The position numbers were made by a program, and so were the translations under genes. This document shows, one piece after another, positions 1 to 9,201 of a DNA stretch of 64,000 nucleotides (positions are counted from its first letter, which is position 1; each line of letters opens with the position of its first letter). The notes under the pieces are model-generated. The model searched no databases and had not been told where the DNA came from. It saw only the letters and a list, made by a program, of their open reading frames with translations. The DNA lies in assembly GCA_963791045.1 (NCBI GenBank), contig CAWBQK010000013.1, positions 256,001-320,000 of the forward strand, in the 5' to 3' direction. Source of the DNA: Candidatus Latescibacterota bacterium (GTDB lineage Bacteria; Krumholzibacteriota; Krumholzibacteriia; WVZY01).

Positions 1-1
1 G

Positions 2-877
2 ATCCAGGTATTCCCGCTATTTCTGCTTCCGGAAATCATTCTGCCGCTTCTGCATCACAACAGTCTCTTGTGGCAGCCGCTCGCGGACGCGCTTTTCCCC
101 GCGGTGACTTACGGCCACGGCCGCGAATTCTGGCGCGCTTACGGCCTGATCCTCGCCTGGCCGCTGAACGTATACAACGTGTTTACCCACGCACCGATTT
201 TCTGGTGGCTTGTTATTTCGTTCGTGCAAACGTGTGTCGTGATTCCGGGCCTCATATACTTTTACGGCAAAGGCGCGTACTGCGGTTGGATTTGCTCGTG
301 CGGCGCTCTTGCCGAAACACTTGGCGATACTCAGCGGCACAAAATGCCACACGGTCCAAAGTGGAATCGTCTCAATATGGTTGGCCAGGGGATACTTCTT
401 ATTACGGTGCTCATCCTGCTTCTCAGAATTTACGGGTGGATCTTCCCCGTCCAGGGAGTCGAGCGTGTGTTCGAGTTCTCCAAGGACAAATACAAGTGGA
501 TCGTCGACGTGTTTCTCGCAGGCGCCGTAGGGTACGGGGTCTATTTCTGGTTCAGCGGACGGGTGTGGTGCCGGTTTATGTGCCCGCTGGCCGCTCTGAT
601 GCACATCTTCACGCGATTCAGCCGCTTCCGAATCCTCGCCGACAAGAAAAAATGCATCTCGTGCAACGTTTGCACTTCCGTTTGCCATCAGGGTATTGAT
701 ATTATGAACTTTGCCAACAAGGGTCTTCCCATGGAGGATCCAGAATGCGTCCGTTGTTCGGCATGTGTCCAGAGTTGCCCAACCGGGGTATTGACATTCG
801 GACAGGTTGACAACAACGGTCGCGTGATATCAAAAGACAGGCTCTCTGCCAGCCATGTTCAAATCAAAGAGCATTAG
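2..877 (+). CDS. Membrane 4Fe-4S binding protein (NapH/4Fe-4S_5-like C-terminal region), 5'-truncated by window edge
   Basis: Frame is open from position 2 (IQVFPLFLLPEIILP...). Motifs YCGWICSCG, WCRFMCP, CISCNVCTSVC and CVRCSACVQSCP, plus hydrophobic segments. Confidence 0.8.
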   Translation: MQVFPLFLLPEIILPLLHHNSLLWQPLADALFPAVTYGHGREFWRAYGLILAWPLNVYNVFTHAPIFWWLVISFVQTCVVIPGLIYFYGKGAYCGWICSCGALAETLGDTQRHKMPHGPKWNRLNMVGQGILLITVLILLLRIYGWIFPVQGVERVFEFSKDKYKWIVDVFLAGAVGYGVYFWFSGRVWCRFMCPLAALMHIFTRFSRFRILADKKKCISCNVCTSVCHQGIDIMNFANKGLPMEDPECVRCSACVQSCPTGVLTFGQVDNNGRVISKDRLSASHVQIKEH

Positions 878-929
878 TCGATTTGATCATTTTACAAACC
901 GTAGTCAACTCAAACCAAAGGAGTGCGAA

Positions 930-1433
930 ATGCTTTCCAAGAAGATTGAAACAGCTCTCAACAAGCAGATGAATCTCGAGATGTACTCGTCGTATATTTA
1001 TCTTTCTATGGCGGCGTATTTCGACGGATTGAACCTCGAGGGTTTTGCCCACTGGATGAAACTCCAGGCTCAGGAAGAACTCATGCATTCGATCAAAATC
1101 TTCGACCACATTCTCGAGCGTGACGGATCGGTAAAACTCGACGCGATCAAGGCCCCGATCGCCGAGTGGAAATCACCCGTGGCCGCCTGCCAGGCCGCTC
1201 TCAAGCACGAACAGCTCAACACCAAGCAGATTAATGCTCTGATGGACCTCTCCTATGTGGAGAAGGATCACGCGAGCAAGACCTTCTTGCAGTGGTTCGT
1301 CGACGAGCAGGTTGAAGAAGAAGCGAGCGCTTCAGCGCTGGTCGAAAAAGCAAAAATGGTCAAAGATTCGGGCGGCGGTCTCTTCATGCTCGACAAAGCG
1401 CTCGGCGCGCGCCAGCTTACGCCGGAGAAGTAA
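930..1433 (+). CDS. ftnA: Non-heme ferritin
   Basis: LNKQMNLEMYSSYIYLSMA, QAQEELMH, FLQWFVDEQVEEE ferroxidase motifs. RBS AAGGAG before ATG 930. Confidence 0.95.
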   Translation: MLSKKIETALNKQMNLEMYSSYIYLSMAAYFDGLNLEGFAHWMKLQAQEELMHSIKIFDHILERDGSVKLDAIKAPIAEWKSPVAACQAALKHEQLNTKQINALMDLSYVEKDHASKTFLQWFVDEQVEEEASASALVEKAKMVKDSGGGLFMLDKALGARQLTPEK

Positions 1434-1464
1434 CCGTTACGTTTGATACGGGTAATTAGCGAAG

Positions 1465-1504
1465 AACTCCCGCCGTTCGAAAGGACGGCGGGAGTTTTGT
1501 TTTG
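1465..1504 (+). terminator. Rho-independent terminator after ferritin
   Basis: AACTCCCGCCGTTC-GAAA-GGACGGCGGGAGTT stem-loop followed by TTGTTTTG, between convergent genes. Confidence 0.85.
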
Positions 1505-1533
1505 CTTTCAAAAAGCACGAGCCGGCGATCGGT

Positions 1534-2778
1534 TTACGGAAGTTCGACTTCCCTCCACTCCCTCTCCACACTGATGTGCAAGAACGAATTCTCGTCACCC
1601 ATCACACCCAACTTGAAATTATGCTCTCCCACGAGATCGGTTCCCCGCTCGAGCATTACCCGGGCGGATGGCGGCGGGCACAGACTGTCGAGTGGACACG
1701 CGAATTTGAACACCAGTTCGTTGTCGATCGCCACCTCGACCCTGTCGATATAAATCGGGTACGGCCCCATCAACATCGGCGGTTCGACCCGGACAAAGTA
1801 CACATAGTCAACCTCCCGAAATGTGGGAGGCGGTGGCGGAATAACGACCATCGTGTCGACACGCGCCCCGTACGGTGACGCCGGCCCAACGGGAATTGGG
1901 CCGAATACGGTCTCATACTGCGGTGGCAGAATCGGCGCGAAAGCAAAATTCGCGTCGAGGAAACTCGAAACCATGCCGTCGGGCCGATCGATCAGCGTGA
2001 CGAGGTAATCGCGTGGATGGACCAGTGTCATCTCCGGGAGCGGGAGAATCGTCACTCGGTAAACCCCCGCGGGAAGACCCTCAAATCCGTATCGGCCTTC
2101 GCGGTTCGTGTCAATCACGCGCGGCCGCGATGGTTCCCCATCCGTCCTTCTGAGCTCAATGGGAACGCCGGGGACACCCGGTTCGCGTCCGGGCTGGTGC
2201 TCACCATCGCGATTGTCATCAACGAAAACCACGCCGCCGATAACTCCTTCGATCGGTTTCTGCCCGACATAGAGCCGGAAGCCGATGGCAAACGGAATCG
2301 GGTGCGGCCAACCGAAACGGACCCTGACGCGTCCGGTGGTCTCGCCCGCCCCGAGCACACCATCATCGCCTATGTCGTCGCTGAAATCAAAAAACGGCAT
2401 CCTGCCATCCGTGAATCCGTCCGGGTTCAGGACGGTGATGGTATTGGGAATCAATTTCGTAATGACAAAATGAATGGGCGGATATACGTCGCGATCGGTC
2501 TTGTTTGCAATGGCGATATCAAACGACACAGAGGAATCCCCTTCGACCGTGAGGTCAAAGACCCACACTTCGAGCGCTCCCCTGAAATCGTGCCCCAGGT
2601 CCACCGTCGACAGGAGAAAGTCGGCGTCTCCCAGCGGATCAATGTCGCCGTTACTGACGAACGCACCGTCATCCCCCGCAGTGTCGGTCGGATCTTCACT
2701 GCACGAAAATAGAATTCCAATTAGAAAAATGGCGAGAATACCGGCGAGCAGATACGCCGAGCGAAAACGGGCTTTCAT
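1534..2778 (-). CDS. Lipoprotein with SdrD B-like (prealbumin-fold) domain
   Basis: Signal peptide with lipobox LFSC. IGGVVFVDDNRDGEHQPGREPGVPGVPIEL...TNREGRYGFEGLPAGVYRV is SdrD_B-like. Confidence 0.7.
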   Translation of the reverse strand: MKARFRSAYLLAGILAIFLIGILFSCSEDPTDTAGDDGAFVSNGDIDPLGDADFLLSTVDLGHDFRGALEVWVFDLTVEGDSSVSFDIAIANKTDRDVYPPIHFVITKLIPNTITVLNPDGFTDGRMPFFDFSDDIGDDGVLGAGETTGRVRVRFGWPHPIPFAIGFRLYVGQKPIEGVIGGVVFVDDNRDGEHQPGREPGVPGVPIELRRTDGEPSRPRVIDTNREGRYGFEGLPAGVYRVTILPLPEMTLVHPRDYLVTLIDRPDGMVSSFLDANFAFAPILPPQYETVFGPIPVGPASPYGARVDTMVVIPPPPPTFREVDYVYFVRVEPPMLMGPYPIYIDRVEVAIDNELVFKFACPLDSLCPPPSARVMLERGTDLVGEHNFKLGVMGDENSFLHISVEREWREVELP

Positions 2779-2822
2779 TGGTGGCACCCCCTGGATTGCG
2801 TTACATGTTGTGAGGTACCTAT

Positions 2823-2851
2823 ATTATACGATCTGGGCGTCCGTATGGCAA
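2823..2851 (-). promoter_or_regulatory. Sigma70-like promoter for the lipoprotein gene
   Basis: Minus strand TTGCCA-17 nt-TATAAT. Confidence 0.6.
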
Positions 2852-3048
2852 GCCGAGCGGAGCGAGGTGCGGGGTGTCATGCTCCATGATGTTTCAGTCA
2901 CTTAGATAGTGAGCCGAGCGGAGCGAGGTGCGGGGTGTCATGCTCAGATGTTTCAGTCACTTAGATAGTGAGCCGAGCGGAGCGAGGTGCGGGGTGTCAT
3001 GCTCAGATGTTTCAGTCACTTAGATAGTGAGCCGAGCGGAGCGAGGTG
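2851..3048. repeat. Tandem repeat, about 3.3 copies of a 59-bp unit
   Basis: AGCCGAGCGGAGCGAGGTGCGGGGTGTCATGCTCAGATGTTTCAGTCACTTAGATAGTG starts at 2851 (61-nt variant), 2912 and 2971, with a partial copy at 3030. Confidence 0.95.
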
Positions 3049-3300
3049 GTCGTTGGGAACCGTTGTCGCGCTCCAGATCGCCGCGAACAGAAATCGAATC
3101 GATCCAGATCTCGTGACCCGGACTATCACCATTCTGAACTGGTGCAGCTTGCCGACAATACTCGGCAACATTGAACGCGAGAATTTACGCGAGAGCCTTC
3201 GTCTCGACAAGAAAATTAAGAACAGGACAATTCACTTCGTGCTTCCAACCGGGATCGGGGAAGCCGTCGTGGTTGATGATGTATCGGAAGGACAAAACTT
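3049..3300 (+). pseudogene. aroB: C-terminal remnant of 3-dehydroquinate synthase
   Basis: SLGTVVALQIA...LP...LRLDKKIKNRTIHFVLPTGIGEAVVVDDVSE matches the AroB C-terminus (DKK...FVLP..IG). The N-terminal roughly three quarters are missing. Confidence 0.7.
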
Positions 3301-3320
3301 ACGGAGCGGCGCATCCGGGG

Positions 3321-3584
3321 TTACTGAATCTTTCGAATGTAGTGGGTATAAAACATAATCGAATCGTTGCTGTCGACACCCTGGGCAACCAATACGATAT
3401 TCTTTGCGGCCTGCGCCCACCCCTGGAAATTCTTTAGCGATCCGTGGTCCGTGGCGTAAACCTTCAGGATTTCCCCGAGGGCCATCTCGGCGATTTCCTC
3501 GCGCGCTTTGACCACAGGCATGGGACATTCCTGCCCTCGAAGGTCTTGGAATCGATCGTATTTGAGGCTGTTCAACTGCTCCAC
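3321..3584 (-). CDS. TusA/SirA-family sulfur carrier protein
   Basis: DLRGQECPMPVVKA...GEILKVYATDHGS motif. GTG start is estimated. Confidence 0.85.
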   Translation of the reverse strand: MEQLNSLKYDRFQDLRGQECPMPVVKAREEIAEMALGEILKVYATDHGSLKNFQGWAQAAKNIVLVAQGVDSNDSIMFYTHYIRKIQ

Positions 3585-3842
3585 TTGATAATCCCGATTG
3601 CTGTTTACGTTCAGATGGAGGGGTGGTTCATCCGTCCCGATGAGCCGAAAATCCCATTCCGGATATCCTACCCCAAACGGCCTGGAACAACAAGACCCGT
3701 ATCGCATTGTCATTCCACGGAAAGTCACTATCTGGATCGTCGAGGGTGTCAACCCCGACGATCTTCTATACCCAGCCTCCTGGATGGACTATAATCTAAC
3801 GCTCGATATTAGAACGCGCAATCTGTTTAAGGAGACATTAAC

Positions 3843-4088
3843 ATGAGTGATCGCAAAATCGCCGCCAAAGTTCCCGTTGTTCTAGAGCTCGAACCCGGCA
3901 CCTATTATTGGTGCCGCTGCGGACGCTCCGAAAATCAACCCTATTGTGACGGCGCTCACAAGGGCACAAACCTGACGCCTCTTGAGTTTACCATTGATGA
4001 GAAAAAGAAATACGCGATGTGTCTCTGCAAGCACACGGCGAAGGAACCATTTTGTGACGGCAAGCACAAGATGCTCGACGACGAGTAA
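3843..4088 (+). CDS. CDGSH iron-sulfur domain protein (two CDGSH motifs)
   Basis: WCRCGRSENQPYCDGAH and MCLCKHTAKEPFCDGKH. RBS AAGGAG. Confidence 0.92.
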   Translation: MSDRKIAAKVPVVLELEPGTYYWCRCGRSENQPYCDGAHKGTNLTPLEFTIDEKKKYAMCLCKHTAKEPFCDGKHKMLDDE

Positions 4089-4149
4089 TCCCAGCCCGAA
4101 AACCGCCTGATTCCCGACCGTCAGCGGCGGAACCATGACTCCCAATGAT

Positions 4150-6066
4150 TCATTCGTCGACACATTGACTTTTCGTGGTCACCATGCCGGCCGCCCGATC
4201 GCTCACGTAGAGAAGGGAGCCGTTCGCGGCGACCCCCGTGGCAAACTCGCCGTGCTTCAACGTCCCAACCATGCCGGGATCAAATTCATTGTGGATATCA
4301 ATGACGTGCACCCCCGCATCGTCATCCGCCACGTACGCTATCGATCCAACCACAAAAACAAAATCGGCAAATCCGGGCGTTTCGATCCCGGACACACGAA
4401 CAGGTGCGCCCGGTGTAGATACATCCACGAGGTGAAGACCGGCCGCCCCGGCCGCGACAAGCGCAAGATTCCCGGCGACGGCGATTCCCGCGGCAGTGCC
4501 CGAGAGCGAAAGTGTCGTCACAATTGCGGGATTATCGGGCTCGGCGAGGTCGATGACCATCAACCCGGAAAGACCGTTGGCGACCAGCGCGAACGACCCA
4601 ACCAAAGCCACATCGCGCGCCAAATCTCCAGTCCCCTGGTTTATGACAAACCCCACGGCTCCGCCATCGATCACGCGATAGATGTCGACGCCCGAATAAC
4701 CCTGCACAAGCACAACGAGGCTGTCATTCACGGCGAGTCTGTCCGCCCCGGCATCCAGAAAATCAATAACCTTCGGGTTAAAAGGATCACGCACATTGAT
4801 TCTGCCCACGGCCTGGACCGTTCCCGAGGCCACGTACGCTACTGAGTCATGGACGGCAAGATACCGCGGACTACCGAAGGATGACAGGTTTTCGACGACC
4901 CGCGGTGTCGCCGGGTCGTCGACATTGACAACGTGGATCCCCGCCACTCCATCACACACATATACCGCGTCCCCCACAGGAAACACTCCCATGGCCTCGC
5001 CGGGCGTCGAAAGGACCGAAAGCGTCGGAACCGGATTCGGATTGTTTGCGTCAATAATCAAAAAACCGGCGAGCCCGTTGGCCGCGAAGACATAGCGACC
5101 ACACACGTTGACACCGATCGATTCCCGGGGTGTTTTTACGTTCGTTACTATTTCGGGGCGCAGCGCATTCTGAATTTCAAAAACCAGAATCCCGGCGGCA
5201 CGATCACCGACAAACAAACGATCACCAGACACCTCGACATCCCTCGCTCCACCGGGAGTGACGACGTTTCTCACATGCCTGGGGTCTGTTGGATTGGAAA
5301 CGTCCACAATCTGGATACCCTCCGAGCCGGCGGCGACGTAAATCACCGTTCCCTTCCCCGCTATTCCCTGTGGTTGCCCCGGAATTGGAAATATGGCGAC
5401 GGGATCGTAAATCGACGGAAGGGCAACGGGGATGACGCGAAGACCGAGCGTACCATCGCTGACATATGCGTGGTCGCCCAGCAGCACTACATCATTCGCC
5501 GCACCCGCCGTGTTGTCCCCACCGACAAAGAAAGGATCGCTGGGGTCACTCGTGTTGACCACGCGAAGACCGACATCATCGGTCAAATAGGCAAATGTGT
5601 CGCGGACTGCAACCGACGACGCCTCGCCGGCCGTATCCACGTACCCGACTTCCTCCGGGTGAAGCGGATCCGAAATGTCGACGACACGGAATCCCGCCTC
5701 GCCGGCGGCCACAAAAAGATGGTCGCCGTCAATAACGACATCCAATGCCGACCCGCCCGTTACCACGGTCGTGACGCTTTCGGGGGCCGACGGCTCCGTT
5801 ATGTCGAAAACAAGAACACCGGCGTCGCCATCGGCGACAAAGAGATGAGATCCGGCGCAGGCGGATCGGCGGGTATAACCCGCCGTCTCCGTACCGGACA
5901 CGTGATGGATGTAACCGAAGAAATCAACACACGAGGCGGGCGGTGGTTTCGGCGCCGTCGTGTCGGTTCCGCCGCAGCCATGCAAGAAAACTCCGGGAAT
6001 GGAGCTCAACAAGACGAGCGAGAATATGCGGAGATTTCTGAGAATCAACAGACGCTCACTCGACAA
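4150..6066 (-). CDS. LVIVD-repeat beta-propeller lipoprotein
   Basis: Lipobox LHGC. Many repeats of the form (V)x(V)xGxx(A/L)(Y/F)VA.G.AG(L/V)x(V/I)(V/I)D(V/I)SxP. Confidence 0.85.
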   Translation of the reverse strand: MSSERLLILRNLRIFSLVLLSSIPGVFLHGCGGTDTTAPKPPPASCVDFFGYIHHVSGTETAGYTRRSACAGSHLFVADGDAGVLVFDITEPSAPESVTTVVTGGSALDVVIDGDHLFVAAGEAGFRVVDISDPLHPEEVGYVDTAGEASSVAVRDTFAYLTDDVGLRVVNTSDPSDPFFVGGDNTAGAANDVVLLGDHAYVSDGTLGLRVIPVALPSIYDPVAIFPIPGQPQGIAGKGTVIYVAAGSEGIQIVDVSNPTDPRHVRNVVTPGGARDVEVSGDRLFVGDRAAGILVFEIQNALRPEIVTNVKTPRESIGVNVCGRYVFAANGLAGFLIIDANNPNPVPTLSVLSTPGEAMGVFPVGDAVYVCDGVAGIHVVNVDDPATPRVVENLSSFGSPRYLAVHDSVAYVASGTVQAVGRINVRDPFNPKVIDFLDAGADRLAVNDSLVVLVQGYSGVDIYRVIDGGAVGFVINQGTGDLARDVALVGSFALVANGLSGLMVIDLAEPDNPAIVTTLSLSGTAAGIAVAGNLALVAAGAAGLHLVDVSTPGAPVRVSGIETPGFADFVFVVGSIAYVADDDAGVHVIDIHNEFDPGMVGTLKHGEFATGVAANGSLLYVSDRAAGMVTTKSQCVDE

Positions 6067-6136
6067 AGGTGCAAAATCGGTTTCGTCCAGGGAATGATTC
6101 AGGCCCGACTTCGAGTTTTCCGCGATGCGATGGCCG

Positions 6137-6766
6137 CTACGATTTATCCGGCAAGTACGGCTTGACCTTTATGGACAACTTGTCGCCAAGCGTAGTGTAT
6201 TCGCCGCCTGCCAACCGGCCGAGGGGGTTGAGTTTATCGATGTCGATCCGTCCATTGTGATAAAGCTCATCGGCGATGTGAAACAAAACGATTTCACCAA
6301 TAACGAGCGCGCCGCCCCCGGCTCCCGGTTCGCCGATGTGAATGACATCATAGAGTTTGCATTCCATGCTGATGGGGGATTCCCCGACACGAGCTGGTGT
6401 CACAATATCGCTCGCCACCGGTGTCAAGCCGGCGACTTCGAATTCGTCGACCTCCGGCGGAAACTCCGTCGCCGTTTCGTTCATCTGCGAGGCGATATCG
6501 ACGGTAACGATGTTCACGACAAATTCTTTTGTCTCCTCTATGTTCCCAAGCGTATCCTTGCGCTCCCCACCCGGATTCCGCCGTCCCGGGCAAAAACACA
6601 GCGTAGCCGGCTTCGAAGACACGGCGGTGAAGTAGGAAAAAGGCGCCAGGTTTCGTATGCCGGACGGAGACGTGGTGGAGACCAGCGCGATGGGGCGCGG
6701 AACAATACTTCCGACCATTAGCTTGTAGCATTCGCCCGCGGTAGCGTTCTTGGGATCAATAATCAT
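6137..6766 (-). CDS. Flavin reductase-like FMN-binding protein
   Basis: VPRPIALVST...NLAPFSYF...KDTLGNI...EFVVN...ESPISMEC...LGRLAG. Confidence 0.9.
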   Translation of the reverse strand: MIIDPKNATAGECYKLMVGSIVPRPIALVSTTSPSGIRNLAPFSYFTAVSSKPATLCFCPGRRNPGGERKDTLGNIEETKEFVVNIVTVDIASQMNETATEFPPEVDEFEVAGLTPVASDIVTPARVGESPISMECKLYDVIHIGEPGAGGGALVIGEIVLFHIADELYHNGRIDIDKLNPLGRLAGGEYTTLGDKLSIKVKPYLPDKS

Positions 6767-6772
6767 GGCGTA

Positions 6773-7927
6773 CTATTCCAACCAGCTGTATGGATATTCG
6801 GGGTCGTCCACGGCCAGACTCGCCGCTGCCACGTTGAGCGGGCGGAACGTATCCACCATAACTGCCAATTCATTGGTTTCGGTGGCGCCAAGTGATTTCT
6901 CCATGAGAGCCGGTTGCGGACCATGCGGCAATCCCGCCGGGTGGAACGTGACCGATCCGACCTCGATGCCGCGGCGGCTCATGAATTGACCCTCGGCATA
7001 GTAGAGGATCTCATCGCTGTCCACATTGCTGTGCGCGTACGGGATGGGAATCGCCTTCTCGTGAAAATCGAACGGCCGCGGGACGAACGAACACACGACA
7101 AAACCGGGCGCGTCGAATGTCAAGTGAACCGGCGGCGGCAGGTGAATCTTGCCGACCTTGGGCATGTAGTCGTCTATATTGAATATCCACGGATAGTAGT
7201 AGCCGTCCCATCCGACAAGGTCGAACGGATGGTGCGCCAGATCGTATAGTTGGATTCCTTCCCACAATTTGACTACGATGGGAAACGCGCCCTTTTCATC
7301 GACGGCGTCGACGAATTCCGGCACGCGAAAGTCCCGTTCGCAGTACGGGGCATCTTCGAGAATCTGACCGTGCTTGTTTTTGAATATTTTCGGGACCTGA
7401 ACCGGCCCCCGCGATTCGACCACGAATAGCCGGGTCTCCCCCGCCTCGAACGCGAGCCGATAGGTTACGCCGCGCGGGATGATGATATAGTCGCCCCGGC
7501 AGAACTCGAGACGGCCGTACATGCTTTCCATCACGCCGGCGCCCACATGGACAAAGATCATCTCATCGGCATTGCCGTTCCGGTAAAAAAATTCTCCCCC
7601 ATCGATTGGGCTCGCCGTGTACATCGCCACTTCGTCGTTGAAAACAACGGGTGTTCTTCCGGACACCCAGTTGCCGCGTCCCGGCATATCGAATGTCTTA
7701 AAATGGTGATGCCTGTGGGGCTTATCCCCTGCGGCTTCGATCCGAGCACGTTTGAAGCCGCCCACCTCGCGGATCGCCGTCGGCGGGTGCACATGATAGA
7801 TATTCGAGTAGATATCCGAGAAGCCCTCGCGGCTCACCAGTTCTTCATAGCGTTGGTTTCCCGCCGCGTCCGGGTGCTGTATGTGCCGCTTGGATGGAAT
7901 GTCTCCCCGCTGAACGTAAAAAGGCAT
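6773..7927 (-). CDS. hmgA: Homogentisate 1,2-dioxygenase
   Basis: KRH, REGFS, HPPT, HLPPPVH, PYAHSNVDSDE and HPAGLPHGP motifs. Follows hppD. Confidence 0.93.
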   Translation of the reverse strand: MPFYVQRGDIPSKRHIQHPDAAGNQRYEELVSREGFSDIYSNIYHVHPPTAIREVGGFKRARIEAAGDKPHRHHHFKTFDMPGRGNWVSGRTPVVFNDEVAMYTASPIDGGEFFYRNGNADEMIFVHVGAGVMESMYGRLEFCRGDYIIIPRGVTYRLAFEAGETRLFVVESRGPVQVPKIFKNKHGQILEDAPYCERDFRVPEFVDAVDEKGAFPIVVKLWEGIQLYDLAHHPFDLVGWDGYYYPWIFNIDDYMPKVGKIHLPPPVHLTFDAPGFVVCSFVPRPFDFHEKAIPIPYAHSNVDSDEILYYAEGQFMSRRGIEVGSVTFHPAGLPHGPQPALMEKSLGATETNELAVMVDTFRPLNVAAASLAVDDPEYPYSWLE

Positions 7928-7938
7928 ATCACACTCCT

Positions 7939-9030
7939 CTAAAGATTCCCGCGACGTTCCTGCTCGCGCTCGATCGACTCGAAAAGCGCCTTGAAATTGC
8001 CCTTACCAAAACTCCTCGCGCCCTTTCTCTGTATGACCTCGTAAAACAATGTCGGGCGGTCCTGCACCGGCTTTGTGAAGATCTGGAGGAGATAACCGTC
8101 GTCATCCCTGTCGACAAGAATGCCGAGATCGGCCAGCACGTTGATGTCTTCATCGAATTTTCCAACACGGTCCTCGAGTTCTTCATAGTAGGTGCGGGGT
8201 GTCGGCAGAAATTCGACGCCGCGCTCACGGAGTTCGCTCACCGTCGCGATGATGTCGCCGGTCAGAAGCGCAACGTGCTGAACTCCGGCGCCCGAGTAAT
8301 AGTCGACATACTCCTGGATCTGGGACTTTTTCTTGCCCGGAGCCGGTTCGTTGATCGGCATTTTTATGATTTCACGGTCATCCGCGACCACGATCGAGCG
8401 CAGTGAGGTGTAGTCGGTCTGGATGTCGTCGTCATCAACCGTCCACATCCTCTTGAATCCAAACACGTTCTGATACCAGGTCGCCACCTGTTCCATCTCT
8501 CCGTCCGGTTGATTCCCAACAATGTGATCGATGATTTCCAGTCCGACCGGCTCCACACGCACAAGCGATTCAGCGGGCTCGTAACCGGGAAGAAACACCC
8601 CGCTGTAATTCTTTCGTTCGACGAACGTATGAACCGTGTCGCCGTATGTCTTGATCGACGCGAGCACGACGTCTCCGTTTTCGCCGGAAACCACGTGAGG
8701 TTCGCGAACCGATATGGCGTCTTTGCCCGTTGTGTGTTCCCACGCGGCCCGGGCGTCGGCAACGGTCATCCCGATATCGATCGCTCCGTCGCCATGGAGT
8801 CGGAGCTGCTCGTGAAGCTCCGAATCGGCGACCAACGGCGACGACAACACGAAGAAGCACTTGTTTTGCTTGAGGACATAGCTGGCCATTTCCCTGTCGC
8901 CCGTTTCGAGTCCACGGTAAGCAACGAGTTCAAATCCAAATTGAGATTGGTAATAGTATGCGGCTTGTTTTGCGTTGCCGACCAGGTAGGCGACATGATC
9001 AAAGCCGAGTATCTCGAAAGGGGCGTTCAT
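7939..9030 (-). CDS. hppD: 4-hydroxyphenylpyruvate dioxygenase
   Basis: IDHIVGN, KMPINEP, SQIQEY, GVQHVAL, LLQIFTKP, FYEVIQR and FGKGNFKALF motifs. Confidence 0.97.
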   Translation of the reverse strand: MNAPFEILGFDHVAYLVGNAKQAAYYYQSQFGFELVAYRGLETGDREMASYVLKQNKCFFVLSSPLVADSELHEQLRLHGDGAIDIGMTVADARAAWEHTTGKDAISVREPHVVSGENGDVVLASIKTYGDTVHTFVERKNYSGVFLPGYEPAESLVRVEPVGLEIIDHIVGNQPDGEMEQVATWYQNVFGFKRMWTVDDDDIQTDYTSLRSIVVADDREIIKMPINEPAPGKKKSQIQEYVDYYSGAGVQHVALLTGDIIATVSELRERGVEFLPTPRTYYEELEDRVGKFDEDINVLADLGILVDRDDDGYLLQIFTKPVQDRPTLFYEVIQRKGARSFGKGNFKALFESIEREQERRGNL

Positions 9031-9201
9031 AGATACACACACTCCCTCTTATTCAAATTGCTAGAAGTTGATATCCGGCCAAACTGGCTGCGGCGCACGA
9101 GCCGGATTGCGTTGGGCGATGGGCAATGATTTCCTGATTGTACATATAAGCAAAGTGGGACAGAGCTTAGCGGATGATGATCTGGAAATCAACAGTCTTC
9201 G

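Noticed and set aside
2851-3048. Possible CRISPR array
   Set aside because: The units repeat over their whole length with no unique spacers, and there are no cas genes in the window.
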